Below are positions 1-12,461 of a DNA stretch of 64,000 bases, one piece after another (positions within the stretch are counted from its first letter, which is position 1; each line of letters opens with the position of its first letter). Source of the stretch: Octopus sinensis (taxonomy: Eukaryota); NCBI RefSeq assembly GCF_006345805.1, contig NC_043004.1, positions 98,456,001 to 98,520,000 of the forward strand, given 5' to 3'. A program made the translations under genes and the position numbers. A model generated the notes under the pieces. It saw nothing but the letters and a program-made list of their open reading frames with translations, was not told the origin of the DNA and searched no databases.

Positions 1-682
1 TATGTTGTACCAACTCGAGAACGATCAAAGGTAAATTCACTTCGGTAGGATTTGAACTCGGCATGTAAAAAGACACTGCTAAAAGCCCCGTAAGGTATTT
101 TACCAAATGCTCCACCTTTTCCTGTCATCCAACAAAAGGGAAAGGAAACTGAAAGACACGAACAGAAATAATGAGTGGTCTTCAAAATAAAGTCACTGGG
201 ATTGTATAAGAAACCTAATGATTTTTTTTTTTTTTGTGCGCAAATTTTTTTTTATGCAGTATATTTTCTCTTTGCTTCTAATGCCGATGTCTCTCGGCAT
301 GGTTATTATATTGGCTTTAATGAGACAGCTCATTGTTTGTTTTTCATCGATAGTATCAATAATTATTAATGTTTAAGTGTTTCATGAATTAACAAGGTTT
401 CTCTTGTGTATTCAATCAATTGTGACCTTGTCATCTGTTGGGCTGAGATTTAGATGCTGTTACATCCCTTGGCTTCGATTCTTCCGGATTATCACTAAAT
501 ACATACATTTAGTTGAAAGCTCTTACAATGCTGCCAATTCAATGTCCTTTCTTGTTAATTAATATCGATTTCTTATTGGTTACAAACACTATAAAGACGT
601 AATCACTAAATAAGCCAATTTTGCATGGCAGTTTCAATTTTAAGAAGAAGTAATTTCATTTTGCTTGCCCTAATGAATATTT

Positions 683-882
683 CAAATTTTGACACAAGGC
701 CAGCAATTTTTAGAGGACAAGTGTTAGTCAACACAGGTACTTGAATGGTACTTATTTTATCAAACCCGAAAGGATAAAAGGCAAAGTCAAACCTCGGCGG
801 AATTTGAATATAGAACGTAATGAGCCGGAAGATATGCTGCTAAGCTTTTTATCCGACGCGATGACCATTCTACCAGCTCTCT
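683..882 (-). mobile_element. SINE family B (tRNA-derived), diverged copy
   Basis: Reverse complement matches the family-B body (gagttcaaattccgccgaggtcgactttgcctttcatcctttcggggtcga) seen at 8283, 45527 and elsewhere. Confidence 0.75.
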
Positions 883-970
883 TTCCTTCCTTATCCTAGT
901 GAAGCTAAATGAAAATGTTTCAATGTCACAAAATATATATTCTCACAAAATAGATATTCTCACAAAAATA

Positions 971-1405
971 AGGTGTAGGAGTGGCTGTGTGGTAAGTAGC
1001 TTCCTTACCAACCACACGTTTGCGGGTTCAGTCCCACTGCGTGGCACCTTGAGCAAGTGTCTTCTACTATAGTCTCGGGTCGACCAAAGCCTTGTGAGTG
1101 GATTTGGTAGACGGAAACTGAAAGAAGCCGTCGTATATATGTGTATGTATATATATATATATATGTGTGTGTGGTGTGTGTGTGTGTGTGTATGTGTGTA
1201 TATGTTTGTGTGTCTGTGTTTGTTCCCTCAACATCGCTTGACAACCGATGCTGGTGTGTTTACGTCCCCGTACCTTAGCGGTTCGGCAAAAGAGACCGAT
1301 AGAATAAGTACTAGACTTACAAAGAATAAGTCCTGGGGTCGATTTGATTCGGCTAAAGGCGGTGCTCCAGCATGGCCGCCGTCAAATGACTGAAACAAGA
1401 AAAAA
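971..1405 (+). mobile_element. SINE family A (tRNA head, CORE-like domain, internal microsatellite, 3' tail)
   Basis: A-box-like gtggctgtgtggtaag, B-box-like ggttcagtccc, CORE-like accttg(g/a)gcaag, central (TA)n(TG)n, tail aaatgactgaaacaag; about 19 copies in the window. Confidence 0.9.
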
Positions 1406-2365
1406 GATCAATAACAGTTTGTTTTTTTCCTTGTCAAAACTAATATCAGTTTCTAGTTACAAAAACATATGTCTCCTTGGGAAATTTGCTGTTGTTCTTT
1501 AGTTCCAGGTCAATTATGATCAAGCAGACATTTGACGAAAAGTATTCTAGATTATTCGGTCTTTCCGTATATTGGGAACAACAATGTTTAGTGAATTTTG
1601 TTTTTTGATTTTTTTTTTAAGATGACAAGGTACAATTTGAGTAAGATCTAGTAGTTGTTTCTAGCAAACCCTAGTGATTCCCGTAGAAGATTTGAGAGAT
1701 GGCGTGATGTTCATGTCGAACTTAAGGGAATTAGCAGAATACATCAAATATAATGGCTATCAAACAGTCATCAAATTAATTATATAGACTCGGCTCCTTC
1801 GACTTACTTTGGTTACTAGCGGACACAGGGAATATTTAAAATTAACAAAATAGAATTCTGTACCATTTCATATAAAACTGCTTCAGAATAAAAGGTTTTA
1901 GTAGCAGTCAGCAATAAAGATACCAGTCAATAATAAAGTGTTAGGTGGATAGGATCAGCTTGCTATTTCTATAATGTTAGGCAAATATGATAGAGGCTAA
2001 TTTGGCAGCAAGTCGGCACAAATTAATCATATATGATATTCCATATATGATATTCAACTTATCTTTTATTCAACCAAAGTCTATCGAGAACTATATTATC
2101 CATTGTGCACTTGAACGAGAATGACTTTGACTAGGAATTGAAAACACATTGTGGAGTCATCTCTGCGGGTCTACCATTTGACAATCAGTTAGAAATAATA
2201 ATTACTTCTGCATGGCATAAACTCAGCTTGCTAGAAATAGCAGTAATATAACACACAAATAAATTCCTATCATTTTTTTTTAAACGAAAGGACACTATGG
2301 ATAGTAAATTCTCGATACATTATTGCTGAAAGGATCATTGGAATATCACATAGGATTAATTTTTG

Positions 2366-2514
2366 AGTGGTAAGCAGCTTGCTTACCAACCACATGGTTC
2401 CGGGTTCGGTCCTACTGCGTGGCACCTTGGGCAAGTGTCTTCTGCTATAGCCTCGGGCCGACCAAAGCCTTGTGAGTGGATTTGGTAGACGGAAACTGAA
2501 AAAAGCCCGTCATA

Positions 2515-2557
<43 letters not shown>

Positions 2558-2808
2558 TTGTGTGTGTGTGTATGTGTGTGTGTGTGTATACGTTTGAGTG
2601 TCTGTGTTTGTCCTCCCAACATCACTTGATAACCGATGCTGGTATGTTTTACGTCCACGTAACTTAGCGGTTAGCCAAAAGAGACCGATAGAATAAGCAC
2701 TAGGCTTACAAAGAGTAAGTCCTGGGGTCAATTTGCTCGACTAAAGGCGGTGCCCCAGCATGGCAACGGTCAAATGACTGAAACAAGTAAACGAATAAAA
2801 GAGTAAAG
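2366..2808 (+). mobile_element. SINE family A, slightly 5'-truncated
   Basis: Same modules as 971-1405. Confidence 0.9.
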
Positions 2809-3295
2809 ACTGGCGGCTAAGAAGCAATGATTTCTACATCACAGACAATACAACATTGCTACCAACTTAACCTCTATTATATTTTATCTCGAATTATAGA
2901 AATAACAAGCTGATCCCATCCACATAACACTTTATTACTGACTGGTACCTCTGACGAGGAAACCCCTTTAGTATAAGACAACACGTTACAAATGGTGAAA
3001 ACATTTTCATCAAATTATACCTTGCCATCTTAATTCAGAATGTTACATTACAACACATTATAACCCCAGATATACAAAATGATCTAATGGTGACTAGTAC
3101 GCTTTTCCCCCGACGTCTGTTCGATCCTATTTAAATTGAATTACTCAACAAAACCGTTCGAGCTAATGAAACAGTCTTTGCATTGCCATTCGACCTACTT
3201 GAAATAGAAACCAAAGTTACCTCAAATACCACACGCCATTGTTTTAATTATCCATTACTCTGTCTCTCTCATCTTCTATTCTTTCCTCTGCTTAA

Positions 3296-3482
3296 GGCAG
3301 CGAACTGGTAGAACCGTTAGCATGCCGCCCAAAATGCTTTTCAGCATTTCGTCTGTCTTCAGTTTCTGAGTTCAAATTCCGCCGAGGTCAACTTTGCCTT
3401 TCATCCTTTCAGGGTCGATAAATTAAGCGCCAGTTGCTTACTGAGGTCGATTTAATCGACTGTCTCCTTTCCCCAAAGTTTC
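3296..3482 (+). mobile_element. SINE family B
   Basis: ggcagcgaactggtagaaccgttagc head followed by the family-B body. Confidence 0.8.
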
Positions 3483-5236
3483 GAATATCTGTCATTATAG
3501 CAGTTTATCTCTCTCTCTCTCTATCTCTCTCTCTCTACTACTACTACTACTACTACCCTGACTTTCTTTCATCTTACGCTTGTCATTTGATTCCCTTTTA
3601 CTCTTTTTTTCTCTTATTCTGGGTCTCTTCGCACACATTGTGTGAAAAAGGAAGGATTAAACGGTGGGAGATGATGTAGAGAAGTAAGGATCTTATTTAG
3701 TCATGATGGGGGAGATACAACTTTTGAATCGCCCGTAAACGAAGAATTGAAAGAAATGCGAGAATGAGAGATATCACTGAGACAAGACAACACGATTAAA
3801 TGCACCTAGCACACTCTGTGAAGTGGTTGGTGATAAGAAGGGTATCTAGCCATAGAATTAGAAACCACTTAAAAACTTGTTAGGAAAGTGTGACTCAGCC
3901 TGTGTCGTATCTAATGAAAATCAGAACTGATTCGGTGTATGAAAACCGTCCAACCCATGAGAGCATGAAAAAATGGAAAAAAGTGCTTATAATGATGGAA
4001 TATATATGTATGAATATTTGTCTGTGTATGTGCATGCCTCTTTGTTTGTTTGTGTATGTGTGTGTGTGTGTCTGTGTGTCTGTGTGTGTGTGCCAATCGT
4101 GTTTGGTTTTATGTTTGCTTGTGTAAAAACCGGTAGCGTATGAAAAGGCATACCTTTGCAATTGGAAAAATATATAACAGTAAACCAGGTACCAGACTGA
4201 AATAACTACGGTGGCCTCTTAGGAACAAATACTACAATTTTTGATGATGATGTTCCAGTGTGGCCAGAGTCTAATGACGGAAACTGGTAAAAGAAAAAAT
4301 AAACAAATAATAAAACTACCAATATGCTATTCTCTAATAAAACTACCAACAAGTTCAGCATTTTCTTTGAAACTTTCTATTTAATTTAGTCAATGCCTTG
4401 TCGTTCTGAATTAAAATACATTCCGGGGAAACTATAGTTAAAAGTTGAGGAAGAAGGAAAATTCATCTTCATTCTTGAATCTCAACACATAATGAAAACG
4501 GGGAATTTTATTTAAAAAGCGACAGATTCCAATTTTCAATACAACCTGTGGCATATAAAATCAGTTATATTCACTGCCAGTAGGCAAATTTCTTAGAACC
4601 ACACAATTCAAATGAAAGAATGCGAATCTATACCAAACGCACAAGATCTAATTAAAGAATATTGCTGATGGAATGTATCTATAAAAAGACAGCTTCCTAA
4701 GATCATAAGACGGCAACTAAACTCATTTAACAGCTTCCATAAATGACCGGAAGATTTTGCAAATTTATTCTTTAATACTGATTAGGTACTGAAGTCATTC
4801 TATTTATGCAACAAATTACAGTTTTCAGAGAATTCTCAACAATTATATTAATAAATATATGAATGTTATTCATTATTTAACTACGTTAGAGGTGGGTAAG
4901 CGAATTGCCATGTACTGGGAACAATTTAATTGAAGCATATTCAAGTCTAAAATTGTTGGACGATTCCTAACTAAGACTTTGTTCCTTAGTTACAAATCAT
5001 TATTCACCTACATTAGAAGTAGAAGACTGGATCGGTGGAGAATCAAATAAATAAACTTGTGGTATTTAATTATGTAGTTTTACGCTATGAGTTGAAATCC
5101 TGCCCAGGTCATCTTTGCAATTCATCATTCCGATACTGATTAAAGAATTTTTAATCTACAAATACTAGCAGAAGGTCAGTACCCCAGCATGGCCACATAC
5201 CAATGACTGAAATCACTGAAAGAATTAATTATATAT

Positions 5237-5310
<74 letters not shown>

Positions 5311-5490
5311 TACATATACATACATGTATATACTTTGTTTTCTAAACAAAACTGTCCGACGAACGGGAACGTGCAACTCTGAGTAACAGTTTTTGTGATG
5401 TTTTTGCTGCCTTTTAATAAGCATATTACTCTACCTCTGGTATTCGAGTACTATTTTTTCCACTTGTTTCGCATTTATTCCTTACTCTGG

Positions 5491-5571
<81 letters not shown>

Positions 5572-5619
5572 TATATAAATATATATATTGCTATATTTCG
5601 GCAAGGTCATTTTCTTTTC

Positions 5620-5899
5620 TTTCTTTTTTTTTGCCAAATAAATACGAGCACTATATCTTCGTTCTTCGCTAGTTTATTAGTGTTCTTATTTTAACTTATG
5701 TCCATTGTCCGGAAGTCTTTCGTCACGCGTCTGTGACCTCTTCAGCAACACTTTCCGTCATCGTGTATCCTCCTACTCCGTTTAGTCCATTCTGGATAAA
5801 AGATTTCCGGACAATAAGATTCAGCTAAAATAAGAACAGTAATGAACGAGTGAAGAACGAATATATAGTGCGAGTGTTTATTTGACAAAAAAAGAAAAA
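5620..5899. mobile_element. Imperfect palindromic element (about 100-bp inverted arms) carrying a hammerhead core; PLE pLTR- or MITE-like
   Basis: 5620-5720 is the reverse complement of about 5798-5899 with scattered mismatches; spacer of about 77 bp. Confidence 0.75.
5718..5745 (-). ncRNA. Hammerhead ribozyme catalytic core (CUGAAGA, helix II, GAAA)
   Basis: Minus strand reads CUGAAGA-G-GUCAC-AGACGC-GUGAC-GAAA, with a perfect 5-bp helix II; helix I is unresolved. Confidence 0.6.
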
Positions 5900-6112
5900 C
5901 AAAGACCATCCCAAAATATAACAATATCTGTTTCAACGCACGGTTTCACACCAGAAATCTCGCAAAACAAATTCGTAAACGTGTATATATATACATATAC
6001 ATACCTACATACATATATACATATATATGTGTGAGTGGGTGTTTTTGTGTGTGATGGGTGGGTGTGTGTGTGGTGTGGTGTGCATGTGTGTATGTATGTA
6101 TATATGTGTATG

Positions 6113-6172
<60 letters not shown>

Positions 6173-6272
6173 CATATATATATATATTATATTACATACA
6201 CACACATATATATTATATATATCGTATTTAAGAGTAGTAACAGTCAAAGTCTATTTCGCATGATATGATATA

Positions 6273-6541
6273 CAGTAATCTCTCGCTATATCACGGTTTA
6301 CCTATCGCGGTTCACCTATCGCGGTTCACCAATTGAGGTTCACCTATCGCGGTTATTAGTTAAGCGTACGCCGATTTCTCCGTGTGTGCTTTGCATTGAT
6401 AATAGAATAAATATATACAAGTTATAAAGATAATAAATATATATATATATATATATATACAGTACTGTTTCTAGTTCGCGGGTTTTCACCTATCGCGGAG
6501 GGGTTTGGAACATTGCGCCCTCGATAGTCGAGGGGTTACTG
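6273..6541. mobile_element. pogo/Tigger-like MITE
   Basis: TA|CAGTAATCTCTCG...CGAGGGGTTACTG|TA ends (CAGT TIRs, TA target duplication); internal 14-bp repeat cacctatcgcggtt. Confidence 0.8.
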
Positions 6542-7315
6542 TATTATAATACAACTAAAGAATGACACAAACTACAAAATAACCTGGCGGAAAATACTTT
6601 CAGCTGGCTTAGGAATAAGAAAGCTGATCCACAGAACCGAGCGTAGAGAGTTCATACACTGTCACGATGAGTCTTAACAACGGTATATCTTGATACGAAA
6701 TATGTAAAATGAAAAAACAAATATACGTGCGTATACGATTCAACAATACACGTAGCAAAAGAGGTGTCTTAATAGCACTATAACCAAAGCTTCTTTCCAC
6801 CTGAAGCGATTCACTCTAACACACTCAGTCACTAAACCATCAGCCACTCTTTCCCAGACATCATCTTTTTATTCCACACGCTTAAAAAAAACACTTGTCA
6901 AACACTTCTGCAACTTTCCTCAGACTACTTACTAATTATTATCACAGCAAACTCACTTATTTAAGTGATGAAAGAAAAAATACTTTAACAAACTTTCACG
7001 AAAAGAGAGAGAGCGAGAGAGAGAGAGAAGAAATAGAATCAAGTTGTCGTTTTTTTTTCGGATTTAACAACATCTCAATCACCAACACAGACGTTGCAGT
7101 TCAAATAATAAAATAATTACAGATGCATCTGAAAAAATCTCATCTCCCAAGAAAATACAAAATACAACCCTTAAATTATACACAACAAATAACTAGCCTC
7201 ATCAAAACTAGAAACAAACGCAAGAGAAATGTACCAAAGGCATTGACAGAAATACAACCCTGCGTCAAACAACCAAAGAGGAATATTAGAAACAGATCAT
7301 GGGAAAAGAGGAAAC

Positions 7316-7744
7316 GGATCTTTTCGGTTTGAACGGCAGTTTTTTGTAGCGGTGTCATATGAAATTGTCACCCATAATTATGACCCTAGTATCGATCTAT
7401 TGCATTTCAATCTGTTTTAGGGTTTGGGTTAGTTAGGGTTAGGGTTAGGGGTGGGGACGGGTATCTTTTTTCTTCACAATGTAAATAAACCCACCCATCT
7501 GTTTCTTAAACGAGGGACATTTCATACGGCACAGAATGGCTTTTACCTCAATGGACGTCAGTGATTGGTTGAAATTGTAGAAAGTGAAGAAAAAAAAACA
7601 AATATCTTACAAACTATAGAATTTTCTCAATAAAGCCAAGAGAAAAAGATGTTTTATAAACACATTTTACCGGTATACGAAGTTTAAAATTTTTTAGTAA
7701 CCTAGAAATTATGTTAAAAACTGCCGTTCAAACCGAAAAGATCC
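7316..7744. mobile_element. Non-autonomous DNA transposon (MITE), copy 1
   Basis: Perfect 28-bp TIR GGATCTTTTCGGTTTGAACGGCAGTTTT; flanks gaggaaac/gaggaaat suggest an 8-bp TSD; second copy at 28050. Confidence 0.9.
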
Positions 7745-8282
7745 GAGGAAATTAACGAAAGAGAGCGAAACTAGCAGTAAAACATTATGTAGGGTAATTA
7801 GCAATATCATCACCAAGAAAGTTACAGCATACTATATGTCAGAATAACAACCTCAAATAATATACCTACACTGCAACACCACACAAACACCCTAACAAGC
7901 ATTTCTTGAAAACTAAACACCAAAATATCTCACAAAACGTAAAGACCAATTTTTTCTATTTACAATGTATTTTTTTACTGGTTCCTTCCATTAGACATTG
8001 AATAAGTAATTGGAAAATTTAATGCAAAAGGATCAGCGCTTGAAAAAATCCCAGATATGCACCTATGTCCTGAAGCAATCAGAGCATTCCCTATGTATAT
8101 ACAAATACTCATAATGAATACTGTCAAATTCCTAGAAACTGGAATCTGGGAAAAATCGTAATTCAAAACCCACCAAGATGCCAAAGGAAGCGACATCTTC
8201 TATGGAGTTCCTCAAATGTTTTTGTATGGATCATTTCGATGTACATACCTACATTCTAAATTTCAGCCAACTATATTCAATG

Positions 8283-8502
8283 ACGGCGAGCTGGCAGAAA
8301 CGTTAGCACGCCGGGCAAAATGCTTAGTGGTATTTCGTCCGAGTTCAAATTCCGCCGAGGTCGACTTTGCCTTTCGTCCTTCCGGGGTCCATAAATTAAG
8401 TACCAGTTACGCACTGGGGTCGATGTAATCGACTTAATCCGTTTGTCTGTCCTTGGTTGTCCTCCCTGTGTTTATCCCCTTGTGGGTAGTAAAGAAATAT
8501 AT
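8283..8502 (+). mobile_element. SINE family B (B1 tail)
   Basis: Full head ggcgagctggcagaaacgttagc, body and tail ccccttgtgggtagtaaagaaata. Confidence 0.9.
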
Positions 8503-8559
8503 ATTCAATGACTCCACATTCATTGACTGACATGTAATTTTCTGTTTCAGTTCATATGG

Positions 8560-9000
8560 TTTTCTGTCTTTCTCAAGATGGAAAGTGTATTCAAATAAGG
8601 CCAAAATCTTGAGGTTTTTCAGTCACCTTTTGTTCACAGTGAGTACCCTGGATTTGCTTGCTTATTTTATTTGCGAATCAACTACGTTGAGAAAGAGTAA
8701 TGACATATTATTTTGTGCTCTTAAACGAATGCTTGTTCTATGCTTCTAACATTAAATATATCCGTGGTTAATCTTATGCAAGCTTTTAATTTACACTGCT
8801 GATTCTACAGCCTGTTTGTCTATGATTACGTTTGGTAGGGTTATTAGATTCAAAGGACAACAAGCCGAGCCTCTGTAATTGCCTCAGTTTTTGATTTTGT
8901 GTAGTGTTTATAAACATCTAACTGTCGTTAAAGGTTTATAATCCTGTTATCCATACATCTGTATCAGGCGTTAACAACATTTTGTTGAAGATTTTGTTGT
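8560..9000 (-). pseudogene. Highly decayed Penelope-like element fragment
   Basis: Minus-strand residues resembling YNKIFNK..Y.CMDN, the same linker seen at 50.85-50.97 kb; many stops and frameshifts. Confidence 0.35.
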
Positions 9001-9495
9001 ATCTGTGAGGAGTGTAGAAGTGCTATACACACACAGAAACAGCGGTTTATATTCCTTTATATTCTTTTAAAAACATACGATAGTTAGTTATACTTGCAAT
9101 GGGAATGAGTGGAGCCACTTAATGAGTGTGTGCACGTTTGGAAAAGACAGAGACATTGTGTGCATTTGTAATTACTACAATGCATAATTATGTTTTTTAT
9201 TCAGATTTTGATTTACACATAGGACACCCAAGAAGTCCCTAGCCAACTCAAGAGTTAATCCCTACATGCCACAAAAACGTCTAAATGTCTAATATTTCTT
9301 GTTAGCTTTGTGTGTATATATATATATTATATCATATATATATATATATATATAATATATATTATAATATTTATAATATATATATATATATATATATAAT
9401 ATATATATATATATTATATATATATATATATATTTATGTATGTATGTAGTATGTAGTATGTATGTATGTATGTATTATGTATGTATATGTGTGTG

Positions 9496-9663
9496 TAGGC
9501 GCAATGGTCCAGTGGTTAGGGCAGCGGACTCGCGGTTGTAGAATCACGGTTCGATTCCCAGAACGGGCGTTGTGGGTGTTTATGAGCGAAAACACCTAAA
9601 GCTCCACGAGGCTCGGCAGGGGTGGTGGCGATCCCTACTGTACTCTTTCGCCACAGCTTTCTT
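9496..9663 (+). mobile_element. tRNA-derived SINE family C, 5' part
   Basis: ggcgcaatggtccagtggttagggcagcggactc...ggttcgattccc A/B boxes, then non-tRNA body ggtggtggcgatccct. Confidence 0.8.
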
Positions 9664-9720
<57 letters not shown>

Positions 9721-10999
9721 ATATATTATATGTATATATGTCAAAATTAAAATAATGAGGTTGATTACTCGACGGCACCACCCTCATGGCAAACAACAGT
9801 TAAGTTAGTGTCGAAAGTATTGAAAATCTAATTATAAAAAAGGTGTTGAGAAAGAGCAACAGATATCAGGACAAATGTCCCCGGATAGTCGTCTCTCAAG
9901 CTGAATCACAAATTCAACTTACAACACTTTAATGTCAACATACCTCACGACTTCATTCTACAACACAACTTTAGTTCCCTACTACTTCAACCTATACCAT
10001 TACCACAACTTACACCACAGTATTCAACAACCTACGCTACAACTTCAATCTACATCGCTATTTCAACTGCACCGCACCTCATAATTTCAACGTATTTTAA
10101 AACCATGGCATCTACCATATATGTCTATGTCACAGCTTATCCTACTCGACAACTCCATACACAACGACTCCAATCAACGTGATGTCTACAATTTCAGATT
10201 TTTTAGGAGTCATTATCTGATGAATTGTCTGTAGTGATGGAATGTCAATTGTCCAGTTATCAAAAAGACATTAGTCCAATATCTAATTTTATCATCTTTA
10301 GTTCAGAAAATATAAGAGGAGACAACTTCGTGCATGCTTCATTCATATATCAGATTTCCTCAGCGAAGTATAGACTTTCCTGTATATATTTCTCTTAACT
10401 TTTCTAATGCTTTTATACATTAAACATATTAACACTAACTTAGAGAGAGAATAACATTTATTTTGTCACTCTCCTGTTCTGTGAATCTCTACTGTCCATA
10501 TATCATTGTATGATATTAGGTACATTTTCAGCATTAGAGCAAAACGGGCAATTATTCTTTTCCACCTACGAGAACACTAATTCAGTATCTGTCCTACATC
10601 TAACAGTGGCAATTGTAGGAGCTAATCACTTATCTGCTGCAATCAAGATAAATTAGAATACTTTCTCTCATAATATAGAGGAGTTAAGACACTTATGCAA
10701 AACGCTATCTATCTGGTCATTTCATTAGAAGAATTCCATGCTCCACTAAGTCGGCTCTGTTACAAATTTGCACGCCATTTATATATGCAAACCAATCCAT
10801 TGTTGCCATCTCTGACAACTATCATTGGTAATAGTCATTAACGTAGGAGTACGTTTAACTTGATTTAATGCACACATTTTACAGTTGCACATGTCAAAGA
10901 CAAACCTATTGGTCGTTAGTGCGTGAGTGCATATGAGGTGATTGTTCAGTGTTGGTGACGGTGGTAGTGGTGGTGCTCTTGCAGTAATATGTGTAGGGG

Positions 11000-11600
11000 T
11001 GACGGTGGAATAGGTGTTGGTAGTTGTGGTGGTAGGGATGACGGTAGTGGTGTGCGGGTGCATGGGTGATCAGTGTTTGTCACATGGGGCCGTTTGAGAT
11101 GATGATATTGATGCTGATAGTGGTTGTACGGGAAATAGGGGTGTGTAAGGTGTTGGTGGTAGTTGCAGCAGTGGTATTACGTTGAGGGGAAGTGTGGCTG
11201 TCATGGTGGTAGTAGTGGTGGTAGTGGTGAGTGTCATGGAGGTAGAGAAGGTGATAGTAGTTTATGTTAAGCAGTAGTGGTTGTGGTGGTGGTGGTGGTG
11301 GTGGTGGTGGTGGTGTGGTGGTGTGGGGGTGGTGGTGGTGTGGTGGTGGTGGTGGTGGTGGTGGTGGTGGTGGTGGTGAGAGTCATGGAGGTGGAGATGG
11401 GGATAATAGTTTGTGTTAAGCAGTAGTGGCAGTAGTAGTGGTGGTAGTAGTGGTGGTAGTGGTGAGTGTCATGGAGGTAGAGAAGGTGATAGTAGTTTAT
11501 GTTAAGCAGTAGTGGTGGTAGTGGTGGTGGTGGTGGTGGTGAAAGTAGTGTTGGAGTGTGAATGTTTTTTTGTTGTAGTTGTCGGGTGGTGAATGTGTTC
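11000..11600. repeat. (GGT/GTA)n low-complexity block with a 3-copy ~50-bp embedded unit
   Basis: gtgagtgtcatggaggtagagaaggtgatagtagtttatgttaagcagtag recurs near 11228, 11376 (variant) and 11462. Confidence 0.85.
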
Positions 11601-12202
11601 ATAGAGGAGGTGGTAGTATTGTGATTACATTCAGTGGTGATTCTGAGTATGGTAGTGATATTGTGTATGTGTAGTGGTAGTGGTAGTGGTAGTGATGGTG
11701 ATGGTCGCAGTACGCGTGTATGTGGTAGAGTTGCTTCCTGGTCGTTAGGGCGATATTTGCGAGTCTAGTGATGATGATAATGTGTACAACTATGATGGCA
11801 GTACATGTGCTCGTGTTTGTCGGTGCATGCGCGCGTATGTGTGTGTGTGTGTGTGTATCCATATGTGCACACAGCACACAGTACTAATGATTGTGGTGGT
11901 GGTGGTGGTGGTGGTGGTGGTCGGGATAGTTGTTACACCATCACTACTAAATTGTCAGAAGCATTTGTTAGAAGTTTAGCAAGTGAAAGACGTGTGTCTG
12001 GAAGGCAGCGATCCTTACCAGATTTGCAACTGTTGACCACCGATTAAAACTCCAGCATTGAGGAAATTAATTTTCCAGTAGCTGAAAGCATTTGTGGTAT
12101 TAGCACTGACAATTGCCTTGTCGACAATGATTACTGACGATATATCATCAGTTAACAACCCAAGAACAGCCATTTCGATATTGATATAAAGTTTCTAGGA
12201 AG

Positions 12203-12256
<54 letters not shown>

Positions 12257-12461
12257 AGTAGTAGTAATAGTAGTAGTAGCAGTAGCAGTAGTAGTAGTAA
12301 TTGTTGTTGTTGTTGTTTTTGTTGTTGTTTAATCACAGGTCAGTCCAGCGTCAGCAGATCTGTAATCAAAGGCGTTCCAGTCAGGGCCATTCCTTCTTTT
12401 TTTTTTCTTTTTGTGCTTTGTCTTTTTTCTCTCTGTAGAATATTCGCTTATACTCTAGGCA

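Noticed and set aside
2945-2965. CTGACGA followed by GAAA
   Set aside because: No helix II between the core strands; chance match.
7420-7461. Interstitial telomere or chromosome fusion site
   Set aside because: Only a few TTAGGG units, located inside a MITE and repeated in its second copy.
9496-9570. tRNA-like sequences here and at 19206 and the SINE A heads
   Set aside because: A/B boxes are present but there is no complete cloverleaf or acceptor stem, and each continues into a SINE body.
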